Origin: an uncultured Syntrophus sp.
Lineage (GTDB): Bacteria; Desulfobacterota; Syntrophia; Syntrophales; UBA8958
Assembly: GCA_964571695.1 (NCBI GenBank)
Contig: CAZNDG010000001.1
Location: 139,648-203,647, forward strand
Length of the DNA: 64,000 nt
Reading direction: 5' to 3'
Shown: in pieces, positions 18,109-27,852 of the stretch
How the letters are laid out: the number at the start of each line of letters is the position of its first letter
Numbering within the stretch: the stretch's first letter is position 1
Notes under the pieces: model-generated
Database searches by the model: none
What the model was told of the DNA's origin: nothing
What the model saw: only the letters and a program-made list of their open reading frames with translations
Program-made: the position numbers and the translations under genes

Positions 18109-20316
18109 ATGGATTACGAAAAACTTTCAAGCCTTGTTGACCGTATGGCGTCCGATTTCCTTTTCCTCAGCACCCGTGAGCTCGATATTCCATCCGCAGG
18201 CGGCTTCCTGAACACATTGGAAGGCATAACCGAAGCGGCCACCCAGATCCAACTGGCACCGGTTCTGAGGGTGGGAGTCGCCATGAATCACCTCCTGGAA
18301 CAGATCATTATGGACAGTGTCGGTGACAAGGCCGGCGGCTTTGAACTTTTTGAAAGAGGTATATCGTTGTTGCAGGAAATCGTGCGTGATTACCAGCACA
18401 AGGAGGGCTATGAGAACGATGGGTGCATCGATATCTACCTCAAGTCCATCAGCGGCCTTACGGGTTTTCAGGAAGGGCGGGAAGCCATAGAGAAATCGGA
18501 CAGCGCGGAGGAAGGGCAAACACTGACAACGGCGGCCGCCTCCCTCCAGGAGCAAGATGAAGGTCTCCTCAGGGATTTCATCACCGAGTCACTCGAATAC
18601 ATAGAACAGATCGAGGTTAATATTCTCAATCTGGAGCAAAATCCGGAAGACAAGGAATTTATCAATGCCATCTTCCGTCCCTTTCATTCCATAAAAGGGG
18701 TGGCCAGTTTCTTGAATCTCGATACGATCCGAGACCTCTCCCACTCCCTGGAAAACCTCCTCGACAAAGCCCGTAACGGCGAACTCCGCGTCTCACCGCC
18801 GATTATTGACGTCATCCTGGACGGCGCCGATGCCCTGAAGTCATTGATAGGACAGGTCAGAAACGAACTGGATGGAAAGGCGATCGCCGGAGAAGCTGAC
18901 GATTTGACCGATTTGCTGAACCGCATCCATAAACTCGATCAAGGTGAGGAGATAATACCAGTCGCCAAGCTGGTGGGCGAAATTCTCCTGGAAGATGGGA
19001 TGATCACCAAAGACGCCCTAAATGAAGGCTTGAAGGTCTCTGCGGAAAAGCCGGGCAAAAAAATCGGCGAGACGCTCATCACTGAGGGGCTGGCCACGCC
19101 CAAACAAGTAACCCGGGCACTGAGAAAGCAGGCGGAGCAAATAACCGATACAACCACGATACGAGTGGACATCCGCAAGCTCGATGATATGATCGACATG
19201 GTTGGAGAACTGGTCATCAGCCAGTCGATGATCGAGCAGGATATCAGCAACCAGTTGACCACGGACAGGAATCTCATGAGGAATATCGCCCAGCTATTCC
19301 GTATCACCTCCGGTCTGCAGCGGGCGACGACAAGTCTGCGGATGATTCCCATCAAACAGGCATTTCAACGCATGTCCCGCCTGATTCGCGACCTCGCCAA
19401 AGACAGCGGTAAGCTTATAGCCGTCGAGTTGGTCGGAGAGGATACTGAAATCGACCGGAACATGGTGGATGAAATCTACACGCCCCTCGTTCACCTTGTC
19501 CGCAATGCCGTGGATCACGGCTTGGAAGTACCCGCGGAACGTCTGGCGGCGGGCAAGGAGGAAAAGGGGCAGATCAAACTCAAGGCCTATCATCGGGGCG
19601 GCAATATCGTCATCGAAATCTCGGACGACGGACGCGGTTTAAATCGGGAAAAGATTTTGTTTAAAGCACTGAGCAACAACCTGATCCAGGATGGAGAGGT
19701 GCTCTCCGACCAGGAAATATACCGGATGATCCTCCTGCCCGGACTCTCCACGGCTGACAAAATCACCGACGTTTCCGGACGAGGGGTGGGAATGGATGTC
19801 GTCAAGCAGGCCGTCGACAAGTTGCGCGGCAAGATTGAGATCTCCTCCTCCCTGGGCGTTGGTACCACCTTTACCACAAGCTTCCCCCTTACCATGGCCA
19901 TTATCGACGGCATGATTGTAAAAGTGGGACGCCAACGCTACATCCTGCCCACGACGGCTATCCGACAAGCCCTCCGGCCAACCAGAGAATCCTGTTCCAA
20001 TGTGGTGGGAAGAGGCGAGATGATCAATGTCATGGGTCATCTCCTGCCTCTGATGCGACTCGGCGAATTGTTCAATGTCGAGACAACTCCAAAGGAACCA
20101 TGGGAATCCATAATCGTGGTTATGGAAGGAGACGGCCGTGCCAAAGGACTGATGGTCGATGAAATATTGGGCAAAGCCGAAGTCGTCATAAAAAGTCTGG
20201 GCGACGGCATCAAGAATATCAAGGGGATTGCCGGAGGAGCGATTCTCGGGGACGGGCAAATTGGGTTGATCATAGACACGGAAGGATTGTTTACCTTGAG
20301 CGAATCGATGTCCTGA
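18109..20316 (+). CDS. cheA: Chemotaxis histidine kinase CheA
   Basis: 735 aa. The Hpt domain carries FRPFHSIKGVASFL. The dimerisation and HATPase domains carry HLVRNAVDHGLE, DDGRGL and GRGVGMDVV. A C-terminal CheW-like domain follows. Confidence 0.95.
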   Translation: MDYEKLSSLVDRMASDFLFLSTRELDIPSAGGFLNTLEGITEAATQIQLAPVLRVGVAMNHLLEQIIMDSVGDKAGGFELFERGISLLQEIVRDYQHKEGYENDGCIDIYLKSISGLTGFQEGREAIEKSDSAEEGQTLTTAAASLQEQDEGLLRDFITESLEYIEQIEVNILNLEQNPEDKEFINAIFRPFHSIKGVASFLNLDTIRDLSHSLENLLDKARNGELRVSPPIIDVILDGADALKSLIGQVRNELDGKAIAGEADDLTDLLNRIHKLDQGEEIIPVAKLVGEILLEDGMITKDALNEGLKVSAEKPGKKIGETLITEGLATPKQVTRALRKQAEQITDTTTIRVDIRKLDDMIDMVGELVISQSMIEQDISNQLTTDRNLMRNIAQLFRITSGLQRATTSLRMIPIKQAFQRMSRLIRDLAKDSGKLIAVELVGEDTEIDRNMVDEIYTPLVHLVRNAVDHGLEVPAERLAAGKEEKGQIKLKAYHRGGNIVIEISDDGRGLNREKILFKALSNNLIQDGEVLSDQEIYRMILLPGLSTADKITDVSGRGVGMDVVKQAVDKLRGKIEISSSLGVGTTFTTSFPLTMAIIDGMIVKVGRQRYILPTTAIRQALRPTRESCSNVVGRGEMINVMGHLLPLMRLGELFNVETTPKEPWESIIVVMEGDGRAKGLMVDEILGKAEVVIKSLGDGIKNIKGIAGGAILGDGQIGLIIDTEGLFTLSESMS

Positions 20317-20392
20317 CGCCCTGCCGGCGTACTTCCCCATAGGATTATCCATTCGCTCATCGATATAAATATGAATGCAAAGGAGAATGGAC

Positions 20393-20908
20393 ATGACGGA
20401 CGACACAATCAAGACGTTAGATGAAAAAATCAAGCACAGCAAAGACCGGGAAGGGAAATACCTCACCTTCGTCCTGGCGGGAGAAGAATACGGCATCGGC
20501 ATCCTGAAGGTAAGAGAAATTATCGGTATGATGACCATAACCACGGTCCCCCAAACTCCATTATATGTCAAAGGCGTAATCAATCTGCGCGGCAAGGTTA
20601 TACCCGTAATGGATTTGAGGCTGAAGTTCAACATGCAAGCCATGGAATACACGGAGAGAACCTGCATTATCGTGGTGGAAATAACGGGTCCGATGCGGAA
20701 GATTCCCATGGGCATCGTCGTGGATTCCGTTTCCGAGGTACTCAACATCAAGGCTTCGGATATCGAGGAGACCCCCAATTTTGGCAACAAACTCGAGACG
20801 GACTACATCCTCGGCATGGCTAAAACCGGCGGCGGGGTAAAGATACTCCTGGACATCGATAAAGTTCTGAACAACGAAGAATTGACGGCGCTGGAAAAGG
20901 CCGCCTGA
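20393..20908 (+). CDS. cheW: Chemotaxis coupling protein CheW
   Basis: ORF track gives 20375. I prefer the ATG at 20393 (MTDDTIK...) with AAGGAGA 7 nt upstream. ...YLTFVLAGEEYGIGILKVREIIG...VINLRGKVIPVMDLR... is the CheW pattern. Confidence 0.9.
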   Translation: MTDDTIKTLDEKIKHSKDREGKYLTFVLAGEEYGIGILKVREIIGMMTITTVPQTPLYVKGVINLRGKVIPVMDLRLKFNMQAMEYTERTCIIVVEITGPMRKIPMGIVVDSVSEVLNIKASDIEETPNFGNKLETDYILGMAKTGGGVKILLDIDKVLNNEELTALEKAA

Positions 20909-20944
20909 GAATAATTTAATTCTATAAAAAGGGGGAATGGATAA

Positions 20945-22156
20945 ATGACACTCAATCAGAAATTGTTTCTCGGCAGCAGCGCAAGCGCGGTACTGATACT
21001 TTTTGGCGGCATCATGGGTTATCTGAGCACCGGCGAGTATCTGACCAATTTAATCAGCAAAGGCACAACAATGACATTGCTGGCGACGGGAACGGCTTTA
21101 GGCGCCATTCTTGCGTTTGGAATCGGCTTCATGATCTCACGATCCATCAGCGGCGCGATCAAAGGAACGGTTGACGGCCTTTCCGACAGTACGGCCCAGG
21201 TTTCCTCCGCTTCATCTCAGGTTGCTTCAGCCAGCCAGAGTCTCGCGGAAGGCGCCTCCGTCGCCGCCTCGGCGATTGAGGAAACGTCTTCATCCCTCGA
21301 GGAAATGTCATCCATGACGAAGAAAGCAATGGATAATTCAAGTTTGATGACAAAGACGGGGGACATAACTTTCGCACTTATGAAAAGCTCTCACAAGTCG
21401 CTCCGGGAAACAGACACCTGCATGAAGCGCATCGGCGAATCCGGCGCCGAAGCGGCAAAAATCATCAAAACGAGTGACGAGATAGCTTTTCAGATCAACC
21501 TTCTGGCCTTGAACGCCGCCGTCGAGGCCGCCCGGGCCGGTGAGGCGGGGGCGGGTTTTGCCGTCGTTGCCGAAGAAGTACGCAATCTCGCCATGCGCTC
21601 GGCGGAAGCGGCCAGAAACACCGAATCGATCATCGGAGAGATGTCTCGGGAGATCAAGGAAGGGATGAACCTCGTCGCAAAAACCCTGGAAGAGTTTTAC
21701 AAAATGGGCGACGAGGGCAAGAAAACCAACACCCTCATCAAAGAGATAGATTCCGCCATGCAGGAACAGGCCCAGGGCATAGAACAAATCAATCGGGCCA
21801 TTGCCGAAATGGATAAAATAACCCAGCAGTCGGCAGCCAATGCCGAGGAAACGGCCAGCGCCGCCGAGGAACTATCCGCCCAGGCCGCCCAGATGGAATC
21901 CCTTGTAACCGAGATCTATTCCGTAATAGGCGGAGGGGCAAGAGGTGATGGCTTCTCGCATTCATATCGGATCACGGGTCAGGCAATCACTAATTCCGAG
22001 GCAAGCCTTGCGCCGGCCGGAAGAGGCGGCAAAAAGTCGCTCCCCTATCCGGGCGGAAAGGAAGGGGCATACGGTGTTGCCGGACATGCAAGGAGCACCG
22101 TTGTTCGACCGGATCAGATCATTCCTCTGGAAGAGGAAGAAGCGAAATCTTTTTGA
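20945..22156 (+). CDS. Methyl-accepting chemotaxis protein, membrane-hairpin type without periplasmic sensor
   Basis: 403 aa. Two closely spaced N-terminal TM segments are followed directly by the signalling domain ([38 protein letters not shown]). Confidence 0.85.
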   Translation: MTLNQKLFLGSSASAVLILFGGIMGYLSTGEYLTNLISKGTTMTLLATGTALGAILAFGIGFMISRSISGAIKGTVDGLSDSTAQVSSASSQVASASQSLAEGASVAASAIEETSSSLEEMSSMTKKAMDNSSLMTKTGDITFALMKSSHKSLRETDTCMKRIGESGAEAAKIIKTSDEIAFQINLLALNAAVEAARAGEAGAGFAVVAEEVRNLAMRSAEAARNTESIIGEMSREIKEGMNLVAKTLEEFYKMGDEGKKTNTLIKEIDSAMQEQAQGIEQINRAIAEMDKITQQSAANAEETASAAEELSAQAAQMESLVTEIYSVIGGGARGDGFSHSYRITGQAITNSEASLAPAGRGGKKSLPYPGGKEGAYGVAGHARSTVVRPDQIIPLEEEEAKSF

Positions 22157-22221
22157 ATTGTTAGGCTCGCGGACATATTATTCTTCACGAGCCGTTTCTT
22201 AAAATCTGTAATGGCGGCGAC

Positions 22222-23217
22222 ATGAAAATTCCAGTGGATGAACTGGAGATAGGCATGTTTGTGGAGATCCCTGTCTCCTGGCATGAACATCCCTTTCTCA
22301 GGAACAACTTCCTGATTACCTCGGAAGCGGAGATCAACAAGATAATCGACAGCGGAATCGGACATGTAAAGGTAGATTTCGGTCGCAGCAGATTGCGGGC
22401 GGGTGGTCGGAAGTCGTTATCGGGACCGGTGAAAGACCCGGGCGAAGACAATGGAAAAGATGTCGTCCCTCCCGAGCTGATAAGCAGCATTCACGATAAG
22501 ACCCTCGCCTCTGAGAAAAAGGCAAATCTGGTCATCGAACACTCCATGGTCATGATGCAGAATCTTTTAAATAAACCTTCAACTTATCGAATCAATGAAG
22601 CAAAGAAGGGAATTTCCGAAATAGTCAATCTCATCCTTCAAGATGATTACACCACTTATTATCTGATCAACATCAACTCACACGATTTTTACACTTATAC
22701 CCATTCGGTAAACGTAGGGATCCTGGGGGTGACCCTGGCGAAGTCATTCTTCAAAAATTCCTCGGATCATGACATCCATGCCCTGGGGGTCGGTTTTTTC
22801 CTTCATGATCTCGGAAAAGTGAAAATCAACCAGGAAATCATCAACAAACCGGCAAAGCTCACGGAAGAGGAAATGAGGGAAATACGACGTCACCCCGCCG
22901 ACGGCTATAAAATACTTCTGGAAACGAGGCAATTGACCACGGAATCGAGATTGATCGTCTTGCAGCATCACGAGCGTTATGACGGTTCCGGATACCCCCG
23001 GGGCCTAAGAAAAGACGAGATACACATTTACGCACGGTTGTGCTCCTTAGCGGACGTGTACGACGCCCTGACATCCGACCGGCCTTACAAGAAAAGACTT
23101 GAACCTTTCGAGGCTCTGAAGCTTATGAGGGAAGAAATGCTCTTTCATTTTCAAGCCGAACTATTTGAAAAATTCGTCCTGATGTTCAGAGCGCCGAACC
23201 ATGGTTGTCAAAACTGA
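22222..23217 (+). CDS. HD-GYP domain protein (putative c-di-GMP phosphodiesterase) with DUF3391-like N-terminus
   Basis: 331 aa. The N-terminus MKIPVDELEIGMFVEIPVSWHEHPF... is followed by FFLHDLGK, EEMREIRRHP and HHERYDGSGYPRGL. Confidence 0.85.
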   Translation: MKIPVDELEIGMFVEIPVSWHEHPFLRNNFLITSEAEINKIIDSGIGHVKVDFGRSRLRAGGRKSLSGPVKDPGEDNGKDVVPPELISSIHDKTLASEKKANLVIEHSMVMMQNLLNKPSTYRINEAKKGISEIVNLILQDDYTTYYLININSHDFYTYTHSVNVGILGVTLAKSFFKNSSDHDIHALGVGFFLHDLGKVKINQEIINKPAKLTEEEMREIRRHPADGYKILLETRQLTTESRLIVLQHHERYDGSGYPRGLRKDEIHIYARLCSLADVYDALTSDRPYKKRLEPFEALKLMREEMLFHFQAELFEKFVLMFRAPNHGCQN

Positions 23218-23938
23218 ATTTTTTCTTGAGATCGGCAAGAAAAATCCGGATCGCCGCTTCGTTGTTATTCTGAACACCCTGACCAGGAACGCCGCGGAAC
23301 TTCAGTCCCAGACGCGCCAGGTTCTGATCCTCATGGATCATTCGCAACTCCGATTCCGTGTCGATCAATTGCGAGACGTCCGGCAGCCGGAATTGCAATT
23401 GCATCACCATTCCGATCTTCCATTCCGGAATTTCGCTATTCTCCGACAGGACAATTTCAAAGCTGCAGCCGCCGCTGCTCAGATCGGTAAGTTTTCCCTC
23501 CCCGATTGTCGTTTCCTCACCAGGGCCGGCAATCTTCAAGACCCCCGGCAGCAGGCAGGCGAAGCGCTCCTCCCTGCGGAGATTCATGCTCTCCACCGCC
23601 TCGGGATAGGCAAAGATAGCCAGGCGGATAGATTCCCTGATCAGACCGATAAGAGTGGAACGGAAGCCATAGATATTCCCTCCGTGGACATAACGGATGA
23701 TGACGTGGTTCTTCATGTAAAGCTTATTCCCGATGTCGGGGATAAGGGGCAACTTGACCAGCAGGTATTGACCAAACTCCATCCCGACAAAAAGACCCCG
23801 GCAGGCGCCCGCTCCCTCCAGGGCAACATGAACGTAAGCCCCGATAGCCAACCCCGGACACAACGGCAGAAGATTCTCCATTTTTCCCTTTTTGTCCTTA
23901 TTTCTCATCTCGATGTACTCCCCCGGCAGTTGATGCAA
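23186..23938 (-). CDS. PilZ domain protein (C-terminal PilZ, N-terminal YcgR-N-like region)
   Basis: 250 aa. The PilZ motifs are LRREER (RxxxR) and DLSSGGCSF (DxSxxG). Its 3' end overlaps the convergent HD-GYP gene by 32 nt. Confidence 0.65.
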   Translation of the reverse strand: MHQLPGEYIEMRNKDKKGKMENLLPLCPGLAIGAYVHVALEGAGACRGLFVGMEFGQYLLVKLPLIPDIGNKLYMKNHVIIRYVHGGNIYGFRSTLIGLIRESIRLAIFAYPEAVESMNLRREERFACLLPGVLKIAGPGEETTIGEGKLTDLSSGGCSFEIVLSENSEIPEWKIGMVMQLQFRLPDVSQLIDTESELRMIHEDQNLARLGLKFRGVPGQGVQNNNEAAIRIFLADLKKKFSFDNHGSAL

Positions 23939-24129
23939 AACGGTACGATAAAGGAGCGTTGGCTGTCAAGTCGGAACATAATGGCTGTCGGATGATTGAC
24001 GAAAGCGACATAATATCGACGCCGGGATCGACAGTCATAATTTCGTTTACAACCACGGGAGAAACGTATAAGGAAAGTTGGGCGAGAAAAATATTCATGC
24101 ATGGCGGAAATATTGAAATATATTGAAAA

Positions 24130-24999
24130 ATGGATGACCGACAAGCCGATTTGATCCTGGGTAATATCGAAGAAATAGTTTTCGCCCATCTTAACCGCTT
24201 CATCGATCCGGAAGTCATCGCCGTACTCGACAACCCCGATGCCAACCACAACGACATCGAATGTCTCAAATCGAGATTGGCGCCGGAGATCACCGGGCGC
24301 CTCTTCGCCATGGCAAATGCGGCATACTCGGGAAAGCTTCGGTCCGGGGCACTGACTCATTTTTACGATGCCGTCATGAGATTGGGGGTTGAGCATACGA
24401 AACTTTTCATCCTTTTCTTTTCCCTGCCCCATAACTCCGACGACAGGGAAACCACGCTTCTTGCCGCCAAGAGTTTCGCCCGCTACGTCGTTGCCGGAAC
24501 CATCTTCGCCCGGGAATTTCGTCTCAATCAGCAGGAGCGAATGGAAGTCGAACTCGGGGCCTTACTATATGAAGTAGGCAAGATGCTCCTCATGAGCTTC
24601 CGGCAGACTTTTCCCCATTTGTATGCCGATTACGCCATTGACGACAAATTTATCGACACTTATCACCGGCGACTGGGGATTTCATTCTGCGACAACTTCA
24701 ATCTTCCGGGGTATCTGAAGAAAATAATGGAAACGCCTTTCTTTGCCCTGGAAGCGGAGCTCATTTCCATAAGCGGCATGGTCATGCTGACTCATTATCT
24801 GGTGGAGGCTATTTTCTCCGCCTCCGGAGACCGATTTACTATTCAATCCCCTATGCCCGACACCCGCGATGTGCTGACCCACAGCACCGGTGCGGTCATT
24901 TGCGAGCTTTTTCAATCTGTCGGCCTGTCGAAATTTATTGTCATTCACTCTGTTTTGACTGACGCCCAGATGCGGAACCAGTTAAAGGCCCCATCTTGA
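24130..24999 (+). CDS. HDOD-like domain protein (divergent)
   Basis: 289 aa. ...LAPEITGRLFAMANAAYSG...FYDAVMRLGVEHTKLF...LGALLYEVGKMLL... resembles the HDOD pattern but is degenerate. Confidence 0.5.
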   Translation: MDDRQADLILGNIEEIVFAHLNRFIDPEVIAVLDNPDANHNDIECLKSRLAPEITGRLFAMANAAYSGKLRSGALTHFYDAVMRLGVEHTKLFILFFSLPHNSDDRETTLLAAKSFARYVVAGTIFAREFRLNQQERMEVELGALLYEVGKMLLMSFRQTFPHLYADYAIDDKFIDTYHRRLGISFCDNFNLPGYLKKIMETPFFALEAELISISGMVMLTHYLVEAIFSASGDRFTIQSPMPDTRDVLTHSTGAVICELFQSVGLSKFIVIHSVLTDAQMRNQLKAPS

Positions 25000-25299
25000 T
25001 TGGCGTCGGCAACCCGGCAATAACTAAATAATCGAGGTTCGCTATGATTTTCTTCCAGATACGGCATGAATATTGATAGCAATTAATCAAGGTGAATTTC
25101 TAAAAGTCACGAACAAGACGTCGAATTAAAAACGCTCCCGAGTCAAGGCGCAAGAATCCCAGGGAAGGAGACGTACTGTTGCGCACTTGACAGTAACGAA
25201 TGGTAAAGCGCTCTCGCCCCATATGAACTTCTTTACGATGCCGCCAATCAATGGCGAGACGTTTTTTAAAAATCCGGCAAAGCCGATTAGTGTTTACCA

Positions 25300-25695
25300 A
25301 TGACGAAAAAAATACTTGTCGTTGACGACGAACGACCCATGCGGGAGATGATGGAGAATATCCTCGGTGATATGGACTGTGAGGTGTTTTTGGCCGACGG
25401 AGCTGCTGAGGCCCTCTCGCAGGTAAATATTAATGATTTTACGGTTATTTTCCTTGATTTAAAACTTTTTGGAATGAATGGAATCGATTTGTGCAGGGCC
25501 ATCCGCAAGCTTAAACCCCTGACGATCCTCTATGCCATGACCGGCTGGGCTGGTTTGTTTGAAATCGAAGAATGTCGGGAAGCGGGATTCGACGATTTTT
25601 TTACCAAACCGATAAAGGTGGATATCCTTGTGCAAGCAGTCGAAGATGCGTTCGAAAAGCATCAACGCTGGACTGGCAAGGCCATTTCAATTTAA
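25300..25695 (+). CDS. Single-domain response regulator (REC)
   Basis: 131 aa. REC motifs are ILVVDDERPMR, VIFLDLKLFGMNG, LYAMTGW and FFTKPI. Confidence 0.85.
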   Translation: MTKKILVVDDERPMREMMENILGDMDCEVFLADGAAEALSQVNINDFTVIFLDLKLFGMNGIDLCRAIRKLKPLTILYAMTGWAGLFEIEECREAGFDDFFTKPIKVDILVQAVEDAFEKHQRWTGKAISI

Positions 25696-25702
25696 GGCAG
25701 CC

Positions 25703-26617
25703 ATGGATGTCAAATATATAAATCCATTTATTGCCGGGACCGTGGAGGTATTGAAGACCATGGCCTTCGTGAATCCTATTGCCGGGAAGCCCTACGTAAA
25801 AAAGAGCGATGATGCCCACGGAGATGTTTCCGGCATCATCGGGATCACCGGAGACGCCATCGGTTCCCTGGCCATCAGTTTCAGTAATGCCTGCATATGC
25901 CATATTGCCGGCAACATGCTCGGTGAAACCATTGACGAACTAACACGGGACGTGCTGGATGCCGTAGGCGAGATCACCAACATGATCTCCGGCGTAGCCC
26001 GAACGAAGATGGAAAAGGAAGGCATGTCCGTATATGCGGCAATTCCTTCGGTGGTGTATGGCGGCGATCACACCATCAACCACATCCTGAAGAATCCAAG
26101 CATCGTCATCCCCTTTTCCACCGCCCGGGGCTCCTTTGTCATCGATGTCTGCATCAGAAAAACCAAGTTGATGGAAAAGGCATCCAACGCTTACGGAGTG
26201 CGAAACATCAAAACGCTAACGGAAGATCCCGGCGCCAATCGGCCCAAGGCCACTGGTGGAGTGGCAAATCCTACCCCCTCAACGATTGAAAATGGATACT
26301 CTTCCGAAATGGATGCCAAGACGTCGAAAACACCAGATAGGCTCCAAACGGACGCCGACAGGGGGCAACATTTGAAGAACCGGCTTGCGGAGCTTATCGT
26401 CGCCCGCGATGCCATGCGTCGGCAGCTCACGGAAAAGCCCTTTCTGGAGAAGGCCAAGCGACAATTATACAAGAAGAACATCCCCCTGTTCGATGCCAAG
26501 ATCAAACGCGTCAAGCTGGACATAGCCGCCCTGGAGATGCTTGAAAAGATGACCCCGGATGAGCTTGAAAACCCTAAAGTCATAAGCCATTTTCAGCATT
26601 ATGAAAAAAAGAAATAA
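25703..26617 (+). CDS. CheX-domain protein with ~150-aa C-terminal charged/coiled-coil-like extension
   Basis: ORF track gives 25628, which overlaps the REC gene, so I start at the ATG at 25703. MDVKYINPFIAGTVEVLKTMAFVNP...GDVSGIIGITGDAIGSLAISFSN... is near-parallel to cheX at 8787..9254. After about residue 155 there is a K/E/R/L-rich tail (...DRGQHLKNRLAELIVARDAMRRQLTEKPFLEKAKRQLYKK...). Confidence 0.7.
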   Translation: MDVKYINPFIAGTVEVLKTMAFVNPIAGKPYVKKSDDAHGDVSGIIGITGDAIGSLAISFSNACICHIAGNMLGETIDELTRDVLDAVGEITNMISGVARTKMEKEGMSVYAAIPSVVYGGDHTINHILKNPSIVIPFSTARGSFVIDVCIRKTKLMEKASNAYGVRNIKTLTEDPGANRPKATGGVANPTPSTIENGYSSEMDAKTSKTPDRLQTDADRGQHLKNRLAELIVARDAMRRQLTEKPFLEKAKRQLYKKNIPLFDAKIKRVKLDIAALEMLEKMTPDELENPKVISHFQHYEKKK

Positions 26618-26957
26618 TCATTGGTCCATGAAAAGAGATTTCTTGTTTTTGCTTTTGGTTGCCTGTCAGATACTTATCGCTCCGGGTTTTACCGCTGCCC
26701 TAACTCCCGAACAGGTCATGTCTCTCAAGAAGGCCGGTGTTTCCGATGAGACGATCCAATTGATGATCCGTCAGGAAATAGCGGCCAAAGAGGGCACGGA
26801 CGATTTGGGCGTCAAAGAGATCAGGGACAAGGATGGACAGGTGATAACTGTATATTCACCCGGGCCTTCTTCAAAGACAGCGAGAGAAACGGAGAGAGAA
26901 AACGTCGAAAAGGCCTGGAACATGTTGCAGCATATAATCATAGACGGTAGGAAATAG
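26601..26957 (+). CDS. Small exported hypothetical protein
   Basis: 118 aa. The signal-peptide-like N-terminus is MKKRNNHWSMKRDFLFLLLVACQILIAPGFTAA. I recognise no motif. The start (26601 or 26628) is uncertain, and the first codons overlap the upstream gene. Confidence 0.45.
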   Translation: MKKRNNHWSMKRDFLFLLLVACQILIAPGFTAALTPEQVMSLKKAGVSDETIQLMIRQEIAAKEGTDDLGVKEIRDKDGQVITVYSPGPSSKTARETERENVEKAWNMLQHIIIDGRK

Positions 26958-26964
26958 CGCCTAT

Positions 26965-27846
26965 ATGCATAGGGAAACGAGCCAGCCAAATAATATCCCC
27001 AAGGAAATCAAATCCTATCTCGAAGGGATGCCCAGCCTTTCTACCACCATGAGTAAGGTGCTGGCTATATGCAATAATCCCTTGGCCTCGGCAAACGACC
27101 TAAACCGCATCATCGCTCTCGATCCGGTACTGACCGGCAAAGTGCTCAGATTGATAAATTCCGCTTATTACTCCTATGGCGAACCCATTTCGTCCCTGAC
27201 GCGGGCGATAATCATTCTCGGAATGAACACGGTAAAAAACCTTGCTCTATGTTCGGCCGTTATGGACAATCTTTGCCGGCACGAGAAGATGTCTGCTAAA
27301 ATCATGAATGATTTCTGGATGCACAGCCTGTCCACCGGAGTGACAGCCAAAATTCTCGCGATCCAAAAGGGCGTCCCTCCCACCGAGCGGGAAGAATACT
27401 TCGTCGCCGGGCTTCTACATGATCTCGGTAAAATTCCGCTGATGTCCCTGTACATGGACCAGTACCGCAATCTCCTATATGCCCATGAAGACAACGGTCG
27501 ATATTTAATCCATGAAAGGGAGGAGGCAACATTCGGCATGGGGCATTGTCACATTGGAACTCTCATTGCGGAAAAATGGCGCTTGAGCACACAAATAACG
27601 GTCGCCATGCGGGATCACCATATGAGCGCTCCGGCCCGGAATAACGCTGATTTCTTCCCATCCATTGTCGCGGCGGCAAACATGATTTCTCACTGCCTGT
27701 ACCCACAAACGTCCGCATTCGTACCGAAAGACATCATCGATTCCTATATCGAACTCGCGGGGATCGATGTGGAAGCAATCCCGGCAATGGCCGGACTCGT
27801 GGACCAGGAGCTGGAAAAGGCAAAGATTTTTCTGGAGTTGACTTAG
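26965..27846 (+). CDS. HDOD domain protein
   Basis: 293 aa. ...MPSLSTTMSKVLAICNNPLASANDLNRIIALDPVLTGKVLRLINSAYY...AIIILGMNTVKNL...GLLHDLGKIPL... is the HDOD pattern. Confidence 0.8.
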   Translation: MHRETSQPNNIPKEIKSYLEGMPSLSTTMSKVLAICNNPLASANDLNRIIALDPVLTGKVLRLINSAYYSYGEPISSLTRAIIILGMNTVKNLALCSAVMDNLCRHEKMSAKIMNDFWMHSLSTGVTAKILAIQKGVPPTEREEYFVAGLLHDLGKIPLMSLYMDQYRNLLYAHEDNGRYLIHEREEATFGMGHCHIGTLIAEKWRLSTQITVAMRDHHMSAPARNNADFFPSIVAAANMISHCLYPQTSAFVPKDIIDSYIELAGIDVEAIPAMAGLVDQELEKAKIFLELT

Positions 27847-27852
27847 AAGCTT

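Noticed and set aside
19639-20790. A 383-aa minus-strand ORF spanning the cheA end and cheW.
   Set aside because: It is antisense to two well-supported che genes and crosses their intergenic gap. It has no motifs and an odd S/I/M-rich composition, so I treat it as spurious.
24102-24117. Three near-matches to the sigma-54 box with TTGA instead of TTGC at -12: TGGCGGAAATATTGAA here, CGGCATGAATATTGAT at 25062-25077 and TGGCCCAATTCTTGAC at 35203-35218.
   Set aside because: The -12 GC is the most conserved part of the element and is missing in all three. The first is only 13 nt from the start codon, and the second lacks the T of TGG. They are worth a PWM score but are not reportable as promoters.
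25100-25300. A 66-aa minus-strand ORF in the 300-bp gap upstream of the REC gene.
   Set aside because: It has a TTG start with no SD. It is arginine-rich with no motif, and its start codon overlaps the REC gene ATG, so it is likely non-coding.
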